From an uncultured Chloracidobacterium sp. (GTDB taxonomy: Bacteria > Acidobacteriota > Blastocatellia > Chloracidobacteriales > Chloracidobacteriaceae), in NCBI GenBank assembly GCA_937966115.1, contig CALCKX010000002.1:19988-83987 (forward strand): DNA of 64,000 nucleotides, written 5' to 3'. The notes beneath the pieces were generated by a model that saw nothing but the letters and a program-made list of their open reading frames with translations, had not been told where the DNA came from and did not search any database. The position numbers and the translations under genes were made by a program. This document shows positions 27,790-35,448 of this stretch, in pieces (within the stretch, counting starts at the first letter, position 1; each line of letters opens with the position of its first letter).

Positions 27790-28389
27790 ATGACAGCGCC
27801 AGCTACTGTGATTCAACCGCATCGCCACCCTGACCTGGCGGACATGTTTCGGCAGGCCGAAGGCAAGTACTTCACGGATGTCGAGCTTGCCAAGCTCGAA
27901 AGCTATTATCCGAGCCTCTCGGCGCACATCGAGGCCGCCAAGGACGTGCGCGCCAAGGAAACCGGCATCGTCGGGCGGAGCGTAAAAGAGATTTACGCCA
28001 TGTATCCCTACGAGCAGCATCACGAGCATGCCACGGCCAAGTGCGTTCGTGACGCGCGCTATGTGCTTTCCTACGCGACGCTCTCCATGCTGATTGACGA
28101 CACGCGGTGGTTTGAAGATAAGCTTCTCATCTGGATGAAGACCATCTTACAGGCGTTTGAGTTCCCGGAAACCGGACAGACTGACGCCATGCGCGAGGCG
28201 TTCGCTAAGATTGATCCCGCCCTGGCAAACCGGCTCAAGCCGTTCAAGGGCAAGGTCAAGTCCATTTATCACATGTACTACGTCATCAAGCGCGAGTGTC
28301 AGCAAACGTTACAGCCGAATAGCTTTCGACTGATGGAACCCTACCTTGACCTCGCCATGAACGTGCTTTCGGAGGACTACGGAGCGTGA
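27790..28389 (+). CDS. Phycobiliprotein-fold (allophycocyanin/globin-like) protein
   Basis: RBS GGAGG; 'AEGKYFTDVEL..L..Y' (compare AD..GRYL...EL), 'MYP', 'AKCVRDARYVLSYATLSML.DD' (compare CLRD..Y.LRY.TYA). Confidence 0.8.
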   Translation: MTAPATVIQPHRHPDLADMFRQAEGKYFTDVELAKLESYYPSLSAHIEAAKDVRAKETGIVGRSVKEIYAMYPYEQHHEHATAKCVRDARYVLSYATLSMLIDDTRWFEDKLLIWMKTILQAFEFPETGQTDAMREAFAKIDPALANRLKPFKGKVKSIYHMYYVIKRECQQTLQPNSFRLMEPYLDLAMNVLSEDYGA

Positions 28390-29030
28390 TGCTTGCTACA
28401 ACCGACTTACTCGAAGGTCTCGAGAATTTCTTTGACGAGGCGCGCCTCGGCTTCGATCTGCGTGAAGGCACGCTCTGGAATCCGGCCAAGACGCGCCTAT
28501 GCCTGCTCTCCACCGATTTCCTGACCGGCGTGTATGCGGCGGTCAAGGATGAGGCAGGTCCCGCCTGGCCGGTCATCTTCAAGACCTGCGGCCGGATTTG
28601 GGGCGAGCGCATCATGCGCCGCCTGGAACGCGAGGCGCAGACGGTCGGCAATCTCCAGCTCCGCGAAATGCCAGTGACGATGTTTTTGCGCTTTTTCCGC
28701 GAATACTTCGTCTATCACGGCTGGGGTCTCATGGCGATTGATGTCGCGCAAGCGCGCGAGACGGGCATCGTGACCGCCTCGCTGGAAGACTCGATTTTCG
28801 CTGAAATTATCCGCGACGAGGAAAATTTCTCAGACCCCATGATCGCGGGCATCCTCGCCGGGATGCTCAGCCACATCAGCGGTCACGAACTCGATTGCGT
28901 CCAGACCGAGTGCATTTCGCGCGGCGCTGAAGCCAGCCGCTTCGTGGTGACCGGCGCGGCGCGTCTCCGCGGCGCGGAAGACAAAATCAAGGGCGGCATG
29001 ACGCACGAGCAGGTTGTCGCCAGCGTGTAG
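28389..29030 (+). CDS. Second V4R-domain protein (Slr0147-like)
   Basis: Start overlaps the upstream stop (GTG 28386 or ATG 28389); 'CGRIWG', 'HGWG', 'AGILAG', 'LDCVQTECISRGA...RF'. Confidence 0.85.
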   Translation: MLATTDLLEGLENFFDEARLGFDLREGTLWNPAKTRLCLLSTDFLTGVYAAVKDEAGPAWPVIFKTCGRIWGERIMRRLEREAQTVGNLQLREMPVTMFLRFFREYFVYHGWGLMAIDVAQARETGIVTASLEDSIFAEIIRDEENFSDPMIAGILAGMLSHISGHELDCVQTECISRGAEASRFVVTGAARLRGAEDKIKGGMTHEQVVASV

Positions 29031-29138
29031 GCTGCCGGCGCGCAGGCTTCTACCTTGCTCACGCCGGCGCGATGGCTCGGCTCGGCTATCCGCGCCGAGC
29101 CATTGCGGATAGCGCAGGTTATGGAGCGAGCTTCGGCT

Positions 29139-30890
29139 ATGGCATACGAAAATCTCAAACTCATCGGCAGCGGAGCGCACGCCGTCGTCCACCTGGCGCG
29201 GGACACCCTCACCGGCGAGCTTTATGCAGTCAAGGAATTCCTGGGCGGCGGCAAGGCCGCCCATCTCTTTTTCCGCGAGCTGTCTTCGCTAGTGGCGCTT
29301 CAGCATCCCCACATCGTCCGGTGTTTCGATGTGATTTACGGGCAGGGCAACCAGCGCAACAAGCTGGTGCTGGAGTATGCCGCCGGCGGCAGCCTCCGAG
29401 ATATGCTCAACCAGCGCGGCGCGCTGCCCCTGGCGGAAGCCATCCAGGTAATGCGCGACGTCGCGGCCGGACTCAGCTACGCCCACGACCGCCAGGTTTT
29501 GCACCGCGACCTGAAGCCGGAAAACATTCTGGTCTTTCCTGATCCGAGCGCCGGGACAACCACCTACAAGGTTGCCGATCTAGGCATTGCCAATCATTTG
29601 GCAAACGTTCTCGACCAGCAGAAGCCGAATGGCTCGCCGGCCTACATGGCGCCGGAGCAGTTTTATGATTCCTCAACCTACGCCAGCGATCTTTACTCGC
29701 TAGGCATCATTTTTTACGAGATTCTGACTGGCGACCGGCCATTTCATGGCCTGGCGGCCGAGCTGTTCGCCAAGCACGCCAAGGAGCCGCCGGATTTGCG
29801 CCCCATCCCCGAGGGGGCGCGGCCCATTGTCGAAGCCCTCCTGCGAAAATTGCCCGGAGAGCGCCTGCGCTCGGCGCACAGCCTACGCGCGGCGCTCGAC
29901 AACTGCCTAGGGTCAACCGCTTCCCTGCCTGCGCCGGAAGCTTTCAGCGCCGCGCCGGCAGTCGCTGCGTCGCCGGAAGCGGAGTTGGAGGCGACTCAGC
30001 GGCTCGAGCCGTGGTTTACGGTTGAGCTAGCCGGCAGTCAGCGACTTTTCACGCTCAACCCGGCGCAGCGCCCAACGGTCTATATCGTGGATGAGCGGAC
30101 GACCGGCTTTCTGGAGCTTGAGCGACGGCGCTTCGTCCCCTACTTCCTGCCGGAGCGCATCTGCGCCGCCGCGACTTCCAGCCCCGCGTCAACGACGAGC
30201 TACTTTGCCACCAATCAAAGCCTTTACGCGCTCAAAGCGGACCGGGACGCTCCACAACGATTGTTTCAGCTTCGCCTTCCAGTCACGAGCCTGGCGGTCA
30301 CGCCGTCGGAGACGCTGCTCGTTCTGGCCAATCAGAGAGGCGCCTTCGGCTATTCGCCCGAAGGCCGCCAGCTCTGGGAAGTCGAGTTATGCAACTACTT
30401 GCAGTCGCCTCAGATCATCATCCTCGGCGAGGATGATATCCTCGTCGCTTCCGGCCCGATTCGACCGGCCGTGACCTGCCTCGACGCGAGCGGCGGCATC
30501 AAGCGCCGAATCCCGCTCTCGTCTCCGGCGCTATCCATTATGCGCTCATCGATCGGAGGCGACTTTCACGTCGCGCTCTTTGGCGACGGCAGCCAGCGCC
30601 CCATGCGGATGGCCACCTTTGCCGGCGACCGTCAAGTGGCTGAAATGGATTTGGGCGAGCCGGTCTATGCCGCCAATCATCATGGGCATTTCACGACATT
30701 TTTTCATTCCTCCGGGCGGGTTTCGCTGGTTTTGGACGGATTGCCAATTGCCGAATATCGGCCGGACGGTATGATACTCGACGACGCCTGGTCGCCAGCG
30801 GCGCGAGCCTATGTCAATATAGAGCGTCGGTTGCCGCGCACCTTCATCAACGTTTTTCGCCTCATCGCCACGACGCCAGCCACGCTTTGA
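29139..30890 (+). CDS. Hanks-type Ser/Thr protein kinase with beta-rich C-terminal region (SpkG/Slr0152-like)
   Basis: IGSGAHAVV, AVKE, FFRE, HPHIV, HRDLKPENIL, ADLG, GSPAYMAPE, DLYSLG; no TM segment seen. Confidence 0.92.
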   Translation: MAYENLKLIGSGAHAVVHLARDTLTGELYAVKEFLGGGKAAHLFFRELSSLVALQHPHIVRCFDVIYGQGNQRNKLVLEYAAGGSLRDMLNQRGALPLAEAIQVMRDVAAGLSYAHDRQVLHRDLKPENILVFPDPSAGTTTYKVADLGIANHLANVLDQQKPNGSPAYMAPEQFYDSSTYASDLYSLGIIFYEILTGDRPFHGLAAELFAKHAKEPPDLRPIPEGARPIVEALLRKLPGERLRSAHSLRAALDNCLGSTASLPAPEAFSAAPAVAASPEAELEATQRLEPWFTVELAGSQRLFTLNPAQRPTVYIVDERTTGFLELERRRFVPYFLPERICAAATSSPASTTSYFATNQSLYALKADRDAPQRLFQLRLPVTSLAVTPSETLLVLANQRGAFGYSPEGRQLWEVELCNYLQSPQIIILGEDDILVASGPIRPAVTCLDASGGIKRRIPLSSPALSIMRSSIGGDFHVALFGDGSQRPMRMATFAGDRQVAEMDLGEPVYAANHHGHFTTFFHSSGRVSLVLDGLPIAEYRPDGMILDDAWSPAARAYVNIERRLPRTFINVFRLIATTPATL

Positions 30891-31090
30891 CTACCGCCCC
30901 AATGTATCGAAAGCCGCGTTTTCTGGAAAAACTCCATGCCATCCGGGAAGAGCTTGCCGAAGCCTGCGGCTATGATGCAGAGCGATTGTTAACCATGCTA
31001 CGGTTCGGCGGCTCATCCGCGCCGCCGCCGCTTGATGAGCCGCCATCTCATCAAGCGACGCCTATTGGGGCGCCGTCCGAATCGATTTGA
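30887..31090 (+). CDS. Small hypothetical protein of the type often found next to PIN genes
   Basis: 'MYRKPRFLEKLHAIREELAEACGYDAERL'. TTG start overlaps the kinase stop (alternative ATG 30902); stop overlaps the next start. Confidence 0.65.
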   Translation: MTTAPMYRKPRFLEKLHAIREELAEACGYDAERLLTMLRFGGSSAPPPLDEPPSHQATPIGAPSESI

Positions 31091-32106
31091 TGACTTCACC
31101 TTGCCTTCGGCTTCTGACTTGCTGTCTCCTTTGGGCGGGCGCAAGTTCAGTCATCGCCGTCGCCCAACGCCCAGCGGATCGCGCCAGGTCGCGCCCGACG
31201 GCGACGGCATTCCCGAATATCGCCGACGTCGCCGCCCGCGCCAATGGGGGCGTTGTCAACATCCAGTCGGTTTCGGAAGGTGGCGGGACTTCCATCGGCA
31301 GCGGCTTTTGCCTGGATGCCAAGGGCGAGCTGGTGACGAATTTCCACGTCATCCGGGAGGCGCTCAAGATCGGCGGCCCCATCCTGGTCGTGACCCAGGA
31401 TGGACGCGCCTTGCCGGCCAGCGTGCGCGGCTATGACGAAGCCACCGACTTGGCCCTGCTCGAAGTCGAGCTAGGGGGGAAACCGCTCCCGTCGCTGCCG
31501 CTCGGCGACAGCGACGCGGTTCGGGTCGGCGACTGGGTCATCGCCATCGGCAGCCCCTTTGAACTCGATCATACCGTGACGGTCGGCATCATCAGCGGCA
31601 AGGGCCGCAGCGGGCTGGACGGGGCATATGACGATTTCCTGCAAACCGATGCCGCCATCAACTTTGGCAACTCCGGCGGCCCGCTCATGGCGCTGACAGG
31701 CGAAGTCATTGGAATCAACACGCTGGTTTTGGCCCGCGGGCAGGGGCTGGGCTTCGCCATTCCAGTCAACATCCTGCGGGATATTCTGCCCGATCTGCGC
31801 AGCCTTGGGCGGGTGCGCCGCAGTTCCATTGGCGTTGAAGCCGTGGACATTTCAGCCTTCGACCGGCGGGGTTTAGGAATCACCGGCGGCGCGCGGGTAG
31901 TCAAGGTCGAGCGCGGGCTTCCGGGCGACCAAGCCGGCCTTCGGCGCGACGACGTGATCCTCGCCATCGAAAATACGCCAGTCGCCTCCAGCGGGCACTT
32001 CAACCGCCTGGTGGCGCGCAGCCGCCCCGGCGCCGGCATTCAGATTCGGATTCGCCGCGAGGGGAAAGAGTATACCATCACTGCCACGCCTATTGAAAAA
32101 AAATAG
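31090..32106 (+). CDS. HtrA/DegS-like exported serine protease with one PDZ domain
   Basis: Signal peptide; GSGF, TNFHVI, DLALL, QTDAAINFGNSGGP; PDZ domain. Confidence 0.93.
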   Translation: MTSPCLRLLTCCLLWAGASSVIAVAQRPADRARSRPTATAFPNIADVAARANGGVVNIQSVSEGGGTSIGSGFCLDAKGELVTNFHVIREALKIGGPILVVTQDGRALPASVRGYDEATDLALLEVELGGKPLPSLPLGDSDAVRVGDWVIAIGSPFELDHTVTVGIISGKGRSGLDGAYDDFLQTDAAINFGNSGGPLMALTGEVIGINTLVLARGQGLGFAIPVNILRDILPDLRSLGRVRRSSIGVEAVDISAFDRRGLGITGGARVVKVERGLPGDQAGLRRDDVILAIENTPVASSGHFNRLVARSRPGAGIQIRIRREGKEYTITATPIEKK

Positions 32107-32160
32107 CCATTACCTCAATGGCCAGTCCATCCGATTCGCTAGGAGCGTTCATCTGCCGTC

Positions 32161-32604
32161 ATGACCCCGCAAAATCCATATCAGCAAACGCCATACCCGC
32201 CTCCTAATCCTTATCAATCCGCGCCGCCGGGCGGCGGGAATCAGCCTGGCCCGCTTGGATTGCAGCCCAATGTCGCCAGCATGCTCGCCTATGCGCCCTG
32301 CTGCGTCGGCTTAGTCATGTCCATCATTTTGGTTGTCACGGAAAAGACCAACCGATTCGTCAAGTTTCATGCCTGGCAGGGGCTTTTCTTTCACCTAGCG
32401 CTGACGGCGATTAGCATCATCAACTCGGTTTTGGGCACCATCCTGAGCAGCGTCAGCAACTTGCTTTCGTTGATTTCAACCATTTTGGGACTGGCGATCT
32501 TCCTGGTCAGTCTCGGGCTATCCTTTTTTCTGATGGTCAAGGCCTATGGCAATGAAACGTTCAAGCTGCCGCTGCTTGGCGACATCGCCGAAAAACAATC
32601 GTAA
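32161..32604 (+). CDS. DUF4870/Tic20-like membrane protein with a Pro/Gln-rich N-terminus
   Basis: 'LQPNVASMLAY', 'EKTNRFVKFHAWQG', 'KAY...FKLPLLGDIAEK'. Confidence 0.82.
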   Translation: MTPQNPYQQTPYPPPNPYQSAPPGGGNQPGPLGLQPNVASMLAYAPCCVGLVMSIILVVTEKTNRFVKFHAWQGLFFHLALTAISIINSVLGTILSSVSNLLSLISTILGLAIFLVSLGLSFFLMVKAYGNETFKLPLLGDIAEKQS

Positions 32605-32620
32605 GGCGACTTAGCACGAC

Positions 32621-33988
32621 ATGCCGCCGGCTGCCGATTATTTTCATCAGCTCATCATGGATGACCTTCCGGCAGCGAGCGCCGATGCCGACCAGCTCGA
32701 CGCGGCGCTTGTCGGCCGCGGCATTTTATTCGCCGGCAAGGCGATGCCAGCTCACCTGCGGCCGCATTTCTTTACCCTTGAGGAGCGGCGACGGCTCGAA
32801 GCCGCCGCGGCTAGCGTCCTGCGCGCCGCGCTAACGGCGGAACGCGGACTCTTCGGGGGCGACCGCGAGCGGCTTTACGCGGCGCTCCGCCTTCAGGATG
32901 CCGAGCGCCGCCTCTTGCGCATCCATCCGGGCTACGACGATGCTGTGGTCTGGACGCGCTTGGACGCCTTTCCTGCGGCGGACGGCGTGTTTTTTCTGGA
33001 GTTCAACCATGACGCCCCGGCCGGCATCGGCTACTCGGCGGCGATGACGGAAATCTACCTTGAGCTTCCCATTCTCAAGCGATTCGCCGAGCGATTTTGT
33101 GTCGCGGGCGACGAGCCGCGCCCGGCGCTACTGGCCGCGCTGCTCGGAGCCTACGCCGCGTTTGGCGGACGGGAGCATCCGAACATTGGCATCGTCGATT
33201 GGACGGATGTGCGCACATCGTCCGACCAAGTCATCCTGCGGGACTACTTTGCCGCGCAAGGCCACGCGGCGGCGATCGCCGATCCGCGCGAAGTCGAGCT
33301 GCGCGACGGGCGACTTTACGCCGGCGACCTTCGGCTGGACATCGTTTATCGGCGGGTGGTCACGAGCGAGCTGCTCGCCAAGCTCGATGAAACGCGCCAC
33401 TTCATCGCCGCCTATGAAGCCCGCGCCGCCTGTTTCGTCAACGCGTTTCGATGTCGCGTCAGCGAAAACAAAGCGTTCTTCAGCTTTTTGACCGACCCGG
33501 AGCAGCTCGCCTTCCTGGCCGACGACCTGCGGCAAACGCTGCTCCAGCATCTGCCCTGGACGCGCATCGTGGTCGAGCAATCCACTCGCCTGCCTGATGG
33601 TCGTCGCATTGATCTGTGCGAGCATGCCGCGCGTCATCGGGCGGATTTCGTGCTCAAGCCGGCGGACGCCTACGGCGGAACGAATGTTTATGTCGGCAGC
33701 GAAACCGACGACGCGACTTGGGCGAACGCGCTGACGCGAGCGCTCAGAGACGACGCGCTGTGGGTGCTCCAACAGCGCGTTTCCACGCCAACTGAAGTCT
33801 TTCCAATCCGGCAGCCCGACGGCGGCTTCGCCTTTCGCCCGATGAAGTATAACGTCAACCCATTCTACCTTGGCGGACGGATTGCCGGCGCCGTCGCGCG
33901 GACCTCGGAAAGCGTCGTGATCAACGTCAGCGCGGGCGGCGGGAGCATACCAACCTTTACCGTCGCTCCCCTGACGCCAAGGGCCTAG
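32621..33988 (+). CDS. Circularly permuted ATP-grasp (glutathionylspermidine synthase-like) protein
   Basis: 'RLDAF', 'LEFNHDAPAG', 'DIVYRR', 'ENKA', 'PWTR', 'VLKPADAYGG.NV..G', 'VINVSAGGG'. Confidence 0.8.
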   Translation: MPPAADYFHQLIMDDLPAASADADQLDAALVGRGILFAGKAMPAHLRPHFFTLEERRRLEAAAASVLRAALTAERGLFGGDRERLYAALRLQDAERRLLRIHPGYDDAVVWTRLDAFPAADGVFFLEFNHDAPAGIGYSAAMTEIYLELPILKRFAERFCVAGDEPRPALLAALLGAYAAFGGREHPNIGIVDWTDVRTSSDQVILRDYFAAQGHAAAIADPREVELRDGRLYAGDLRLDIVYRRVVTSELLAKLDETRHFIAAYEARAACFVNAFRCRVSENKAFFSFLTDPEQLAFLADDLRQTLLQHLPWTRIVVEQSTRLPDGRRIDLCEHAARHRADFVLKPADAYGGTNVYVGSETDDATWANALTRALRDDALWVLQQRVSTPTEVFPIRQPDGGFAFRPMKYNVNPFYLGGRIAGAVARTSESVVINVSAGGGSIPTFTVAPLTPRA

Positions 33989-34071
33989 CTTCTCATTCAT
34001 CTCTCGCCTGCGCTGCCGCCGACTGAGCAGCGCGCCCGAGTCGCAAGTCAGTTCCAGGATGGAGGCAAGAA

Positions 34072-34617
34072 GTGACAGCCGAAGCCTTTCGCATCGCCGA
34101 AGTCTCCGACCCGGCGATCATTGCCCGCATCCAGCGCCTGCGCGCTGAATGCTGGGCAACCGCCGGGCTTTCGGCAGACCAGTTTCACGATGGCAAGTGG
34201 CGCGATCCGGGCGAGGAAGGCCCGCCATTCCGCCACTGGGCGGCGTTTGTCGGAGAGCGACTGGTTGCCGCCGGGCGGCTTTCAATTCACTCGACGCTCA
34301 GCCAAGCGCCGGGCGGACACCTCTTTGCCCAACTGGCCTGTGAAATCACCCCGCCAATCGCCTCCATCAACCGCTTGGTCGTCCACCCGGACGCCCGCCG
34401 CCAAGGGCTGAGTCACAAGCTCGACGCGGCGCGCCTCGCGGCGGCGCGCGCGGCCGGCGCGCAAACCGTCCTCGCCTACTGGTCGCGCGTCACCGGCCTG
34501 GCGCGCTATCGCAGCCTCGAGGCGCTTGGCTTCGTCCGCGTCAGCGAGTTCGATTTTTTTGACGAGCCGCCCACGGGGCTGGTCACGGCGATGATCCTGG
34601 CGTGGCCGCCGGGCTAG
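34072..34617 (+). CDS. GNAT-family N-acyltransferase
   Basis: Acetyl-CoA-binding motif 'RLVVHPDARRQGLS'; 'LGF'. GTG start with GGAGG RBS. Confidence 0.82.
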   Translation: MTAEAFRIAEVSDPAIIARIQRLRAECWATAGLSADQFHDGKWRDPGEEGPPFRHWAAFVGERLVAAGRLSIHSTLSQAPGGHLFAQLACEITPPIASINRLVVHPDARRQGLSHKLDAARLAAARAAGAQTVLAYWSRVTGLARYRSLEALGFVRVSEFDFFDEPPTGLVTAMILAWPPG

Positions 34618-34629
34618 CCGCTGTTCGCG

Positions 34630-35448
34630 CTAGCGCCGAGCGCCATCCGTCAACGAGCGCGCCCGACAGCGCAGCCAGTCAATGGCGGCGCGGCCCTCCT
34701 CGCCTAAATCGCGCGTGAACTCGTTGACGTAGAGCGCGATGTGCTGCGCCTGAACTTCGGATGACATCTCCTGCGCATGCGCGGCAATGTACGGGCGAAC
34801 ATCCTCCGGGCGAGCGTCGGCGTAGTCCAAGCTTTCCCGAATGGCCGTCGTCACCGCCCGGCGCGTCGCTTCATCCAGCGTCTGGCGGATGGCGATTCCG
34901 CCGAGCGGCAGCGGCAGCCCGGTCGTCGTTTCCCACCACTCGCCCAGATCGACAATGCGCGTCAGCCCAAAGGTCGGATACACGAAGCGACTCTCGTGAA
35001 TGATGACGCCGGCGTCATACGCCCCGGCCGCGACAGCCGGCATGATGCGCTCAAACGGCAGTTCCCCCGCGCTGGGCGCATCATCGGTGAACAGACGCAT
35101 CAGCAAGCGCGCCGTGGTGAGCGTCCCCGGCGTTACAATGCGCTTGCGCCGCAGCGCTTCGGCGGCGAACGGCTCGCGGGCGACAACCAGCGGGCCGCAG
35201 TTGCGGCCCAGCGCCGCGCCAACGTCGAGCAAGGCGTATCGGGCCGCAATGGGCGGCGTCAGCAGCGCGGCGAAAGAGAGCTTCGTGACATCCAGCCTGC
35301 CTTCGAGCGCCCACTCATTGAGCGTCTGCACGTCCGCGAGCCGGATGTCGAATGTCACGCCCGGCGCGCGGGTCAGCCCGAGCGCCAGCGCGCCAAAAAT
35401 GTGCGTATCGTTTGGACACGGCGAATAGCCGAGCGTCAGCGTGGTCAT
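34630..35448 (-). CDS. mqnD: 1,4-dihydroxy-6-naphthoate synthase (futalosine menaquinone pathway)
   Basis: 'GYSPCPNDT', 'DVQTLN', 'ALG..CGPL', 'IIHESRF', 'DLGEWWE', 'PLPLG', 'HIALYVN'. Confidence 0.95.
   Translation of the reverse strand: MTTLTLGYSPCPNDTHIFGALALGLTRAPGVTFDIRLADVQTLNEWALEGRLDVTKLSFAALLTPPIAARYALLDVGAALGRNCGPLVVAREPFAAEALRRKRIVTPGTLTTARLLMRLFTDDAPSAGELPFERIMPAVAAGAYDAGVIIHESRFVYPTFGLTRIVDLGEWWETTTGLPLPLGGIAIRQTLDEATRRAVTTAIRESLDYADARPEDVRPYIAAHAQEMSSEVQAQHIALYVNEFTRDLGEEGRAAIDWLRCRARSLTDGARR

Noticed and set aside
27650-27792. UGA read-through (selenoprotein) candidates, prompted by selC
   Set aside because: The UGA stops I inspected, including this one, had no Cys-equivalent context, conserved continuation or clear SECIS. 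The check was not exhaustive.
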